NCBI GenBank assembly: GCA_964016885.1
Contig: OZ024744.1
Coordinates: 49,166,001 to 49,230,000, forward strand
Length of the DNA stretch: 64,000 bases
Source of the DNA: Eledone cirrhosa
Lineage: Eukaryota
Reading direction: 5' to 3'
Position numbers and translations under genes: made by a program
The notes under the pieces: generated by a model
Database searches by the model: none
Told to the model about the DNA's origin: nothing
What the model saw: the letters and a program-made list of their open reading frames with translations, nothing else
Part shown: positions 41,798-53,979 of the stretch, piece by piece
Layout: every line of letters begins with the position of its first letter
Position numbering within the stretch: position 1 is the first letter of the stretch

Positions 41798-44000
41798 TAT
41801 ATATTTATAAATTTATAAATTTACAAATCTATAAATTTCTGGTTGGTTGGTTCCACAACCAGATAGTTGTTTATACATAGTCATAGTCCTTTCGTCACAT
41901 ACTCTGTGACCTCTTCAGTGACTGGGGATTCCTTTCTTTGTTTCTGTGCCTTTCCTTTCTTCTGTCCTACGCCATTTTGTTTCTGTGTGTGTGTTGTGTG
42001 CTCAGTTTGCGCATGCGCTACATCCGGGTGTCTGTGTGTGTTTGTGTTCATTTATCTATTTGTTTATTTATTTACATGTTGTTGGTTGGTTGTTTGTTCT
42101 ATGTGTGTGTGTGCTTTCATTTTGTCCGTAATTGTAAATTGTGATGTTGCTGTTCCACTCATATTTTCTATTTAATTTTGGTTGTAATTCTTTTATGTTT
42201 ACTGCCTCTGTAATTTGTCTAAACATTGCATCTTTTCTGTGTGTAGATTCTATTTTTATTTCTATGTTCTCTAATTTACCCTTGTGTTCTATCTTAGCAT
42301 GTTGGCAGAGTACAGATGATTCTTTATTATCTTGAAGGTCTCGCCAGTGTTCATTTATCCGTTCCCCTATACTACGAGCTGTCTCACCTATGTACACTAT
42401 ATTTTTGTTTCTACATTGTCCTTCAGTACATCTTATGCTATACACTACATTTCTAGTTTTACAGTTAATATGGGGGCTTATTTTACAGGTTATACATTTC
42501 TTATCTATACATGAGGGTCTTTGGAACGGGTATGTCTTGCTAATAAGTGTTTTTACGGAAGTACCTGGTCTTTCTACTATCTTAATATTGAGTTTATGTT
42601 TATTTAGGGCCCTTCTAAATTTGTAGGCTAGTTCGCCTCTAAGGGTTGTATCGATGAACATTACACTCTGGTATTTATTGCTATCATACCATGAGTTTAT
42701 TCTATTGGCCTTGTTCCTAGTTCTTTCTATTCTATTCCAAAATTTGCTCCTATACAAGGGGCAGGTCCCATTTATGTCATTATTTACCATTTTTTCCCAT
42801 TTGGTTCTGGCTCCTCTATACACTCTGATTCTATCTCTCTGATTGTAGCCAGAGAACTGCATACGGTGGATGAAGTGTTGTATGTGTCTCTCTAGTTCTT
42901 CGGGGTTGCACATGCGGGACACATTTCTCATCACCCGTACCAAATCCGCAATCAGTATGTTGATTTTGGTATGGTCCGAAATGGCCGAGTTTCGGTGGAT
43001 CAGATGTTTGGAAGTCATGGGTTTGGCATAATGGGAATGGAGGATTTGTTTTTGGTTGTTAATGGTATCTAACCAGAGCTCTGTGTCTAGTACAGGTAAT
43101 CGATGGTTGGGGTGTCTACTTGGGTAGTCTATAGTAACTCTAATCCTCTGGTGGATGGAGTTTGCTATTTGCTGGATGCTTTCCATTGTGTTTTTCTCTA
43201 GTTCCTGACTGTTCTCTAGTGGGGGTGTCTTAACTACGATGTTTATATCATCTACGTAGCGGGAGTACATTATCAGGGTTAACCTGTCTTCTAATTGTTC
43301 TTTAAGTTTAAGTTTAAGTCTACTGTCCCACCATACCATGAATAAGTTAGCTATGTCGCCTGCAATGCTAACACCAATGGCTGCTCCTTCCTCTTGGGCA
43401 TATGTTTTTCCATTAAATTTGAACATATGTTCCTTAAGGGTTAATTTTATGCTGGCCCCTACCGCATGTGCAATCATTTTCTTCAGTTCATCGTGGTTTT
43501 CGGGTGTCCGTATGGCTCTGGTCCACCCGTTCCATCTATCTGTGTGGGTTTTCTTGGCCATTGAGGTAATGGCAGGTGGTCTGCCTCTTGCTGGTCTTGT
43601 AGGGCACAGGTTGCTAAGGTCATATGTGTCTAGGTAACTATTACTAAGTAGAAGTCCCAGCTCACTGGTATCAATCCCACGGAACTCAACCTTGCTCTCG
43701 CCGATCATTTCTACGCATTTCTCCACAGCAAAATCCACGTCAATAGATGGATACAGGGACACAACATCCATACTGCCTATTATGCAGTTTGTTAGGTCCC
43801 CAGATCGGTTACTCACGCCGATTCTGCTGAGGAGGTCCTCCGTGCTGTCACATACATCTGGGGACATCTCAATGATGGGGCGTATGATCAGAGAGAGGAA
43901 GTAGGACAGTCTGTAGTTACTAGCAATGTTAGCTCCACAGACTGGCCGTGTTGGTGGTCCCGCGACAGGGTCACAGCCCCGTTTTATGGTCTTTTCGAAA
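41798..44000 (-). mobile_element. Second, 5'-truncated copy of the Neptune-like PLE
   Basis: Protein nearly identical to 13879-16581 from DPVAGPP onward; 4-aa deletion; same 3' terminus. Confidence 0.93.
41879..41923 (-). ncRNA. Minimal type I hammerhead ribozyme (second copy)
   Basis: AGUCA-CUGAAGA-G-GUCACA gagua UGUGAC-GAAA-GGAC-UA-UGACU; differs from copy 1 only in loop II. Confidence 0.85.
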
Positions 44001-44089
44001 CGAAATATATATATATACTTATATATATATATACAAGCAGGGAAAGTGAATGTAAAATGACAATGATGATGATGATGATATATTATATA

Positions 44090-44635
44090 TCTATAAATAT
44101 AAAACTGATGTTGTCTGTGTGCGTGTGTCCTCATTTTTGCAAAGTCTATACAAATCCACATTTCTACTCCGATTGACTTACATTTATATATTCCTTGCGG
44201 TCTAAAGATATTAACTGCAGCTTTTATTTTTCAATTTTCTGTTGTTAAAGGGGTGTTATGCACCGGTTATCCATCTCCGTCCCGCTCTTTTAATATCTGG
44301 TTGTCTNNNNNNNNNNNNNNNNNNNNNNNNNNNNNNNNNNNNNNNNNNNNNNNNNNNNNNNNNNNNNNNNNNNNNNNNNNNNNNNNNNNNNNNNNNNNNN
44401 NNNNNNNNNNNNNNNNNNNNNNNNNNNNNNNNNNNNNNNNNNNNNNNNNNNNNNNNNNNNNNNNNNNNNNNNNNNNNNNNNNNNNNNNNNNNNNNNNNNN
44501 NNNNNNAGTTATTCAGAGAGAGAGAGAGAGAGTTGGAAGGACAATGTGACACGGGAGGTGTGTGGTATCTTTGTAGTGGAGTGATGGGGGGCGGCAGGTA
44601 TACCTAGCCGGGCACCAGCCAGACGGGCCAGCTAG
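44090..44635 (+). mobile_element. Possible non-autonomous Helitron ends flanking the gap
   Basis: A|TCTATAAATATAAAA start; GC-rich subterminal segment then CTAG|T; hairpin imperfect. Confidence 0.4.
44307..44506. other. Assembly gap (200 N), probably a fixed-size scaffold join
   Basis: Run of N. Confidence 0.99.
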
Positions 44636-44902
44636 TATATATATATATATCACAATAAATTAACGGAGCCATAGACTCTCGTTATTCCCTGTCAATAATG
44701 TGCTCAAAGGAAAAGGAATCCTGAGCTCTTTAAAATACAATATGTTGAAAAGGTAACACACTAGAGAGAGATAGTGCACCATCAATAAAACAGGGAAAAC
44801 CACCAGTGTATGGAATCTATAACATATGAAAGGCAGGGTAGACACACAATAATTAAAAATATAAATTAAAATGTATATACACACCTCTATAACTATATAA
44901 CA

Positions 44903-44983
44903 CACGCGTACAAATCCAAAGAGATCTGTTTCGCCAGGTGGTAGTTAACTGAAATGGAATAGCCTATGGCTCATCAGGGCATG
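44903..44983 (-). ncRNA. Type I hammerhead motif with long helices II and III
   Basis: CAUGC c-CUGAUGA-GCCA..UGGC-GAA-ACAGAUCU cuuu GGAUUUGU-A-c GCGUG; one C-C mismatch at the base of helix I. Confidence 0.7.
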
Positions 44984-45249
44984 CAAAACTATACATTCCA
45001 GACAACACTAAGAGAATCTAAAGCGACCGTCCAGCTACACGTGGGAGAGAGATGTCACAGCGTGTTTACGGCAGTGAACCAGTGGTGTCAGTGAACAGAT
45101 TTTAATTTATATTTTTAATTATTGTGTGTCTACCCTGCCTTCCATAGATTATAGATTTTATACACTGGTGGTTTTCCCTGTTTTATTGATGGCGCACTCT
45201 CTCTCTAGTGTGTTACCTTTTCAACATATTGTATATATATATATATGTA

Positions 45250-46392
45250 TTGTAAGTAGATAAGAAAACAGAACCCAGATCCCCTCAGGGAAATGGCCTT
45301 GCTCAGTATGTAGGAAAGGTGTAGGTAGGAACTCCATTCTCTGCCCCAAATACAAACAATGGGTACACAAGAGATGTAGCGGGATCTCAGGTTGCTTAAT
45401 TAAGAATGTAGGCTTCACATGCAGCAGCTGTACTGAGACAGCAAGCAGCAAATAGCCACAGGAAACAAGTACCTGGGAGGGCTCTGTAGAAACAGTAGAC
45501 AGCTTCTGCTACCTAGGTGACCGAATTAGCAGCGGAGGTGGGTGTTCAGAAAGTACAATAACTAGGGTAAGAACGGGATGGAAGAAGTTCAGGGAACTAC
45601 TGCCACTGCTAGCTGCAAAAGGCTTCTCCCTCAAAATGAAAGGCAGACTGTATGATGGTGTATCCGAACAGCAATGTTACATGGTAGTGAGACCTGGGCG
45701 CTGAAGGTGGAAGACTTACGTAGATTAGAAAGAAACAAAGCCTGCATGCTCCGATGGATGTGTAATAGTAATATACGCGAACGGCAAAGCATAAATGAAT
45801 TGAGAGAGAGACTGAGCATAAGAGGAATCAAATGCTGTGTGCAGGAGAGGCGGTTGCGTTGGTATGGAAATGTGATGCGTATGAAGGAGGACAGCTGCAT
45901 AAAAAGGTGCAGAGCACTAGAAGTCAATGGAAACTGCGGAGTGGGGAGACCCAAGAAGACCTGGGATGAGGTGATAAAAGCCGACCTTACCCAATTACAC
46001 CTCTCAAAGGCGATGACACACGACTGTGACCTCTGGCGTCACACAGCAATACAGAAGACCCGACTCCCATGGGTACAAGCTGAAACATATAGACAATATG
46101 CCCCCACACCCTCCCACTGCAAAGTGGTCGTGGAGGTGCCACGGCAAAAAAGCACCCAGCCCACACTGTAAAGTGGACGTGTAGGTACCACGGGAAAAAA
46201 GCACCCAGTACTCATGAGTAAATGTGGTTGGTGTTAGGAAGGGCATCCAGCTGTAGAAATCAAGCCAGAATCAATTCCCGTATGAGCAAGGCATGGTCAG
46301 CCGACCAGACACTACCCACAATGGGACAACCTGTCTAACCCATGCTAGCATGGAAGAACGGACATAAAACGGTGATGATGATGATGATGATG
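45250..46392 (+). mobile_element. RTE subfamily B, degenerate 3' part
   Basis: PHD remnant, YLG motif, ORF 45674-46171, (GAT)n tail. Confidence 0.9.
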
Positions 46393-46412
46393 ATATAATA
46401 TATATATATATG

Positions 46413-49340
46413 TATGAAGGCTCCAGAATCCTGGAATTCTGTGATGCAAATAACCTATCTGTAACACTAACTTCAAAAAACGTGACAATCACCTGATCAC
46501 CTATAGATCCGGGGAACACACAAGCCAGGTAGATTATATCCTTACCAGAAGACGTGACAGAGTGTCTGTTGTAAACACTAAATCCCTCCCCCATGAAGAA
46601 TGCACCTCCCAACATAGACTGATAATTAGCGACCTCATAGTCAGGACGAGACGTACTCGACAACAGAAGAGGACTATCCTCAGGAGGAAAATATGGAAGC
46701 TAAAGGACCCCACAGCCAGGAATAAATTTCAAAGCATATTACTTGATGCTTTCGACAGTAAGGAAGAACATTTAGAGTCGGACAATATAGAGGGAGAGTG
46801 GGAATTTCTGAAAGCAAACCTGCTGTTGGCGACAGACGAAGTCTGTGGCTGGAGCAGGCCTGTGGGCAGGAGGAGAGTAACATGGTGGTGGAACAGTAAG
46901 GTGGAGGGGTCAATTAAGGCCAAAAAGCAGGCTTGGAAAGTATGGCGGGATGGGGGAAGTAGAGAGGACTATCAAGTGGCCAGGAGGGAAGCTAGGAGAC
47001 AAGTGTACTTAGCAAGAAGGGAAGCTGAGGAAAGAAAGTTCAAGCATGTTCTACAACGCGATGACCAAAAACGTGAGGTGTTCAGGATTGCTAGGCAATG
47101 CGTCAAGGAAAACCGTGATATTGTCGGGGAGAAGTGTGTACTAAACGACGATGGCACACTTGCCATCACCGACGCTGATAAGAAGGTAGCTTGGAAGTGT
47201 CACTATGAAAGGCTACTAAATGAGGAGAATAATTGGGAGAAAGGCAGTCTCCCCCATATCGACCCAATAGAGAGACCAGCAGTGTTAGTCGAGGGGAGTA
47301 TAATAAGTAAGGCAATCAAGGATATGAAGACGGGTAAGGCAGCTGGGCCTTCGGAAATAGTTGCTGAGATGCTGAAGGCATCTGGCACGGTGGGACACAC
47401 CATGGTCACCCGCATAGTTAACCAAGTCGTACAGAATGGGGTTGTTCCGAAGGACTGGCATAGCAGCATCATCGTTAACTGTTATAAGGGTAAAGGAGAC
47501 GCCCTAGATAGGAGTAACTATAGAGGCATTAAATTAATCGACCAGGTCATGAAGGTCACGGAAAAAGTAATAGCGCAACTAATCAGAGAGAGAATTGACC
47601 TAGATGAAATGCAGTTCGGGTTTGTGTCAGGCAAAAGTACCACAGACGCTCTTTTCATAGTACGACAACTACAGGAGAAGTACCTAGCTAAAGGTAAACC
47701 CCTCTACTTAGCTTTTGTCGACTTGGAGAAAGCCTTCGACAGAGTCCCCCGCTCCATTATCTGGTGGGCTCTTAGAAAACTAGGCGTTGACGAATGGCTT
47801 GTGAGGGCTATACAAGCCATGTATAAAGAAACAGTCAGCAAGGTTAGAATTAACAACGAATATAGTGAAGAGTTTAGCGTAAAAGTTGGCGTCCATCAGG
47901 GCTCTGTTCTCAGCCCACTACTATTTATTATTGCCCTTCAGGCTATAACAGAGGAGTTCAAGACAGGCTGCCCATGGGAACTCCTATACGCAGACGACCT
48001 GACACTCATAGCGGAATCAATGGCCGAGCTAGAGAAGAAATTCCAAACATGGAAGCACGGCCTAGAGTCAAAAGGACTTAAAATTAACCTGGCTAAGACC
48101 AAAGTACTAGTTTGTAGGAAAGAAAACAAGGCGGCGGTCCCTTCTGGGAAATGGTCGTGCTCGGTGTGTAGGAAAGGCGTAGGTAGAAACTCCATTTTAT
48201 GTCCTAAATGCAAAGTATGGGTGCATAAAAGATGTAGTGGGATCACAGGTAAGCTAACTAAGAACATAGATTTTACATGTGGCCGGTGCTCTGGTGCAAT
48301 AAGTAGCAGCAAGTGCCCACAAACTACTAGCTCTTTCAATTGCGCAGAGGGTTCTATAGAAATAGTGGACAGCTTCCGTTACCTGGGCGATAAAATCAGC
48401 AGTGGGGGAGGGTGCTCTGAAAGTACTGTAGCTAGAGTCAGAACTGGTTGGAAAAAGTTCAGAGAGCTTATACCACTATTAGCTGCTAAAGGGTTCTCAC
48501 TAAAAATGAAAGGCAGGTTGTACGATGCCTGCATACGAACAGCAATGCTGCATGGCAGTGAGACCTGGGCATTGTGTGCAGAGGATATACGCAGACTAGA
48601 GAGGAACGAAGCTTGCATGCTCCGCTGGATGTGTAACAGTAATATACGTGAACGGCAAAGCATAAACGAACTAAGGAAAAAATTAGAGATAAGAGGGATC
48701 AGATGTTGTTTACTCGAGAGAAGGCTACGTTGGTATGGACACGTGATGCGCATGAAAGTCGATAGCTGTATAACAAAGTGCAGGGCAATAAAGATAGACG
48801 GTAGTCACGGAATAGGCAGACCTAGAAAAACCTGGGACGAGCTGATAAACTCCGACATCACACACTTACACCTCTCCAAGACAATGTCACTGGACCGAGA
48901 CCTTTGGCGGTACTCAGTAACAGAGAAGACCCGCCTTACCTAAATATATAGTAAAACCTACTCCAGCCAGTAGGCATCTCTAACAAAATACACCCCGTCC
49001 CACCACCACCACCCCCACCCGATCCACACCACCCCGTTCTATGTAAAGTTATGTTGGTGCCGCGCCATCGAGGCCGAAACAAATGAGATCGTGTAGGTGT
49101 CACGACAAAAAAACACACAGTCCACGCTGTAATGTGGCCGTGTAGGCAACACGGTAAAAACCTCCCAGACCCACACTGTAAATGTGGTTGGTGTTAGGAA
49201 GGGCATCCAACTGTAGAAAACCTGCCAGACAGTCCTATGCGAGCAAGACAATCACTCTTGCCTCAAGTGGGACTACCCCCGTCCAAACCCATGCAAGCGT
49301 GGAACACGGACGTTAAACGTTGATGATGATGATGATGATG
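46413..49340 (+). mobile_element. Longest RTE LINE copy, truncated within the APE endonuclease
   Basis: RILEFCDANNL..TNFKK..TY..SQVDYIL..SQHRLI APE tail, then RT, 3'UTR, (GAT)n. Confidence 0.95.
46562..48943 (+). CDS. RTE ORF2 (partial, 793 aa): APE C-terminus, RT with inserted C4HC3 PHD finger
   Basis: Uninterrupted frame; YADD; CSVC..CPKC..H..C..CGRC at 48158-48289. Confidence 0.9.
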   Translation: MSVVNTKSLPHEECTSQHRLIISDLIVRTRRTRQQKRTILRRKIWKLKDPTARNKFQSILLDAFDSKEEHLESDNIEGEWEFLKANLLLATDEVCGWSRPVGRRRVTWWWNSKVEGSIKAKKQAWKVWRDGGSREDYQVARREARRQVYLARREAEERKFKHVLQRDDQKREVFRIARQCVKENRDIVGEKCVLNDDGTLAITDADKKVAWKCHYERLLNEENNWEKGSLPHIDPIERPAVLVEGSIISKAIKDMKTGKAAGPSEIVAEMLKASGTVGHTMVTRIVNQVVQNGVVPKDWHSSIIVNCYKGKGDALDRSNYRGIKLIDQVMKVTEKVIAQLIRERIDLDEMQFGFVSGKSTTDALFIVRQLQEKYLAKGKPLYLAFVDLEKAFDRVPRSIIWWALRKLGVDEWLVRAIQAMYKETVSKVRINNEYSEEFSVKVGVHQGSVLSPLLFIIALQAITEEFKTGCPWELLYADDLTLIAESMAELEKKFQTWKHGLESKGLKINLAKTKVLVCRKENKAAVPSGKWSCSVCRKGVGRNSILCPKCKVWVHKRCSGITGKLTKNIDFTCGRCSGAISSSKCPQTTSSFNCAEGSIEIVDSFRYLGDKISSGGGCSESTVARVRTGWKKFRELIPLLAAKGFSLKMKGRLYDACIRTAMLHGSETWALCAEDIRRLERNEACMLRWMCNSNIRERQSINELRKKLEIRGIRCCLLERRLRWYGHVMRMKVDSCITKCRAIKIDGSHGIGRPRKTWDELINSDITHLHLSKTMSLDRDLWRYSVTEKTRLT

Positions 49341-49359
49341 ATATATATAAATGTATATG

Positions 49360-49698
49360 TCATCATCATCATCATCATCATCAACGTTTAACGTCCGTGT
49401 TCCACGCTTGCATGGGTTTGGATGGGGGTAGTCCCACTTGAGGCAAGAGTGATTGTCTTGCTCGCATAGGACTGTCTGGCAGGTTTTCTACAGTTGGATG
49501 CCCTTCCTAACACCAACCACATTTACAGTGTGGGTCTGGGAGGTTTTTACCGTGTTGCCTACACAGCCACATTACAGCGTGGACTGTGTGTTTTTTTGTC
49601 GTGACACCTACACGATCTCATTTGTTTCGGCCTGGATGGTGTGGCACCAACATAACTTTACATAGAACGGGGTGGTGTGGATGGGGTGGGGGTGGTGG
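49360..49698 (-). mobile_element. RTE 3'UTR, inverted tail-to-tail copy
   Basis: Near-perfect reverse complement of ~48997-49340. Confidence 0.92.
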
Positions 49699-49753
49699 TA
49701 TATATATTATATATATATGTATGTATATGTATGTATATATATATATATATATG

Positions 49754-49821
<68 letters not shown>

Positions 49822-50385
49822 TAATAATAAATTCAAGACTAAAATCTAAAGAGGGCTCGATAAGGATAAATATATATTAAATATATAAGAACCGTAGAGC
49901 AAATATTTATTAAAATAACAGATTATACCATTTACGTGGTTTTGTCTTTGCGTGCAATTGTTCTCCACGCTCCACATATGATGTATTATCTTCGTTTTTT
50001 TCGTTCATTGCCAGAGAACGTCTCTATGAACCACCTAAGAGAACATTAGTCTTCGACCTCTTTTATACCATAAACGTGGTTCTGTCTTTGCGCGTAATTG
50101 TTTTTCACCGCTCCTATTAATGACGTATTATATTCGTTTTTTCCCGTTCTTTGCCAGCGAACGTTTCCACGAACCAAAGTATCGTCTTCCTGTCTTCCTC
50201 CGGTCGCAACGTTTTTTTAAATATCCACTTCTGCGTTTACAGATTGACTTTGTTAGTTTCAGAAGATCCCGTTAAGGGTGAAAGCAGCGATTCTTTGCTT
50301 AAACTTTAATCTGTTATTTTAATATATATATATATATATATATATAAATTACAGAATAATCAAAACTATCTACAAAACATTTTAT

Positions 50386-50432
50386 TGCTGACAATCGTTT
50401 CTTCCAAACTTTCGTTTGGACTCATCGTAGCA
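50386..50432 (-). ncRNA. Degenerate hammerhead motif
   Basis: UGCU-aCGAUGA-gUCCAAAC gaaa GUUUGGAa-GAAA-CGAUUG-UC-AGCA; core mutated. Confidence 0.55.
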
Positions 50433-51759
50433 CTAGCAAATTTAGACATATAATTAACCTCCTATTCCACAGAACAATCGTAAAGATACATAGATGTTAG
50501 TGTTGTCATTAACAGTGTCATTTAAAGAGTGAGAGTGAAGATGATGTGTCAGTATCAGTGGATGCGACAAAGATTATAAAAGAATAATACAATAATTATA
50601 GAGGAATTAAGGAAGAAAGTTACTCGCAAAGCGAGGACATTAGCAGTACATATTCAAGCGTATAGAAAGAGTGCAGATGTGTTAGGCATATACAGAATAA
50701 CCAGGTAAGAAACACGCAATATATATATATATATATAAAATTACTGCAATAGAATTCAAAAAATTATTTTATAATCATATTAATCCTTTAAGAACAAAAG
50801 TAGATTACCTCTTCCCAAGACCATATGGAGATTACGAGTTGATAATAGATTGCTCACTGGAATGATCAATAATTAGAAAAGCTAATCCATACATGGGTGG
50901 GATTAAATGCACCATATGTACAATATTGTTTAGAAAGCATAAACACTAAGTTGGATTGATTAACAAGACTTAAGAAATTATTGGTGAACGTCTGCATAAA
51001 TTCAGAAGAATTGTCCTTAATCTAATCAATTAAAACATTCTATAATAGTTATTAATTTTAACCTTGACTCCGAATAAATGCCATATAATGAACCCCTTGG
51101 GTAGATTCCCTAATGAATGTGTTTATAGGGATGTATGAACAGGTGTGTGTATGTGTACATATGTTACATACTTATTTTAATTGATATTATTTATTTCATG
51201 ATTAGTATGTGTGTGATCTATATTTACTACTTACTGTTTTAAAGGGTTAATCAGCTTCATGGTCCTAGCTGACAAAATGGGGGATCGTGAGGGTGACGCC
51301 CTGGATCAGCCACTCCAACTTGCGGGCTTGCTCTTGTGAGTAGCCAACTCCACCTTGATAGTAGCGAGTAGGGATGTAGTCCGGGGGCCAAGAATGCCAC
51401 AGGCTCAACCACAAACCTATCAGAAAGTGGCCAATACTTTGACAGATTGCCCTCTTCAGCCCGATGAGCAGCAAAACCTGAGCTAGTAACCGAAAGTACC
51501 ATGTTGCCGCTGGATGTTGCATCGAAGACAAGGGACCTACCACAGTGGAACAGAAAGATTGTAACCTTTTACTGCCCTCTCATTCCAGCTCAAACTGGGA
51601 AGGAAAGCTTGCAGCATCCAGGCCATACTTTATGATTATATGTATATTTATATGAATGTATATATGTAGGTATGAGTGTGGCATCCATTCAACCCCACTT
51701 AATCACACCATAAACACTTATATCACTATAAACGTTTCTTTTTATATATCTGTGTATAA

Positions 51760-51896
51760 TTGTTCCTGACAAAGATGGTGAGATGGATATATAGTATCAA
51801 GACTAATACTATGGAGGTACATAACAACTGTCGATTAGTCACTATATCAATTTAACGTGCTAAATCAAGCTTCTGAAATGATCGATCGTAAAACAA
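51760..51896 (+). ncRNA. Degenerate hammerhead motif with ~100-nt helix II domain
   Basis: UUGUUc-CUGACAA-AGA..GACUAAU/AUUAGUC..UCU-GAAA-UGAUCGAUCG-UA-aAACAA. Confidence 0.55.
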
Positions 51897-52564
51897 TGAT
51901 CTGATTAAGCTTCTAAACTTGGTCTTTTGTATTCATTGTTCAACATATATATATATATTCATGTATATTCAACTAGGGATATCTTTGCTTGAGAATAACT
52001 TTCATACTGTATACTTTATATTCCATAGTTTGTGTATACCTTAACAAATACACTGCGTACCATACATCTAATGGAAATAGAATGAAGAAATATATGAATA
52101 TCTAAACTAGGTCACACAGACAACTATATAGGTTACTAATGAACCCTAACCAGTCCCTGAGCATAGGTAAAACTCAACAAAAAATATTGTTTAAATACTT
52201 ATTTGTGCTACACTTAATAGTTGTCATAGAACAGTCAGACAGTCTAGGTCAAGCAGCCATTTGTCGCTAAAGTATCCATTCATTTATACATTTATATATA
52301 TATATATATATATATGCCTTTATGTTCTAAGTTTTAGCTATATATCTGATTTCTTATCTATCTCTCCACCCAACATTTTATGACTACCCCTACACACGCA
52401 AAAAGAAAGGTAAAAATAACAAAAGCATAGTACTTAATTCTCAAATACTTCATGTCTGAACATTATTATGTATCTAATTTTATATTTAATGATGACAATG
52501 GGGGAGGGGGAATGTCCTTATCTTTATTTGCTATTTTTGTTATTTGTTTATATTTGTTTATAAA

Positions 52565-52750
52565 GGCGGTGGATTGGCAGTATCGGTAGAGGGTCGGACG
52601 TCATGCTTTGACGCATAGAGTTACGGCCCTTTCCATTCTGAGTTCAAATCCTGCTGAGGTCAACTTTGCCTTTCATCCTTACGGGGTCAATAAAATAAAG
52701 TACCAGTAATGTACTGGGTAATTGCTGGCCTTGTGCCAAAAGTAGAAACA
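52565..52750 (+). mobile_element. SINE family 2, full length (others at 53360-53548 minus and 62950-63130 plus)
   Basis: TGGCAG..TCGG box A-like, GAGTTCAAATCC box B, Nin-like domain, tail. Confidence 0.82.
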
Positions 52751-53979
52751 GTTATTTGTTTATATTGCATTTTTTCTTATACATAAAAGCTTGACCCTTG
52801 ACATGGTGGGGTACATTGCTGCGGAAGGGTGGTGTGTTAAGATGTGGGAGGTGTAGGCAAAGTGCTTTTTGTTGTGGCAGCAGCATTATGGGGAGGAAGC
52901 AGATTTTGAGCCATGAGCTACTTTCCACATTTGCATGTAGGGGTTGTGAAAGATCAGAGAGGTATCATGTCAAGCTTTAATCTATTATATATCTGCGTTG
53001 TACTGTATCATTTTCCTGTGTTGTTTATCCATTTACTTTTTGCATATATATCATCATCATCATTTAACATTTATTTTCCACACTAGCATGGATTAGATGA
53101 GTTGTTCTGTTGTAAAAATAATCAGATTAGGTGACTATCTTACTCATACAGAACTGTTTCTAGCTTAGTTTCTATAGCTGGATGCCCTTCCTAATGCCAA
53201 CCACATTTACAGCATGGATTGGGTGTTTTTTATCGTGGCACCAAAATGACCAACTGACAGGTTGGGCTAGGTACTTTTCATCATGTCACCTGCATAAACA
53301 CCTTATAATTGTTTCTACTTTTGGCACAACCTTATAATGATGATATATATAATAACAATAATTGTTTCTACTATTGGCACAAGGCCAGCAATTACCCAGT
53401 ACATTACTGGTACTTTATTTTATCGACCCCGTAAGGATGAAAGGCAAAGTTAACCTCGGCGGGATTTGAACTCAGAATGGCAAGGGCCGTAACTCTATGC
53501 ATCAAAGCATGGCGTCCGACCCTCTACCGATACTGCCAATTCACCGCCCATATATAATAACAATAATAATCACTAATGATACAACCAAGAAGTTTAGGAG
53601 AATTACACCATTGTATTGTTCTACGTACATTTCACCAAATATAGAAAATAACCATAGATTGGATTAATTTAAACATATTTTTTTCATCCTTTTCATTAGA
53701 TTTGAGAGTGTATTATTAAATCCATATACAAGTAGCATTCTAAAAGAAGGAAAGGAAAGGTAAAAAATGTGTGTTGGTGTTAGGGTGAACATTTTCACGT
53801 GATGCTGTTATTTTTATATTTATTTGCAATATTTGCTTGTAATTTAAAAAAAATATTTATATCTGTAGTCACTGATTGATATATATCACAATTTCAGAAG
53901 ATCCTATATAAGGGTTAAAGTAAAAATTGTTTACTTAAACTTTTAATCAGTACTAATAATATGTGTATGTGTGTATATA

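Noticed and set aside
51440-51506. Overlapping hammerhead-like motifs on both strands
   Set aside because: Several core and helix mismatches in each; not supportable
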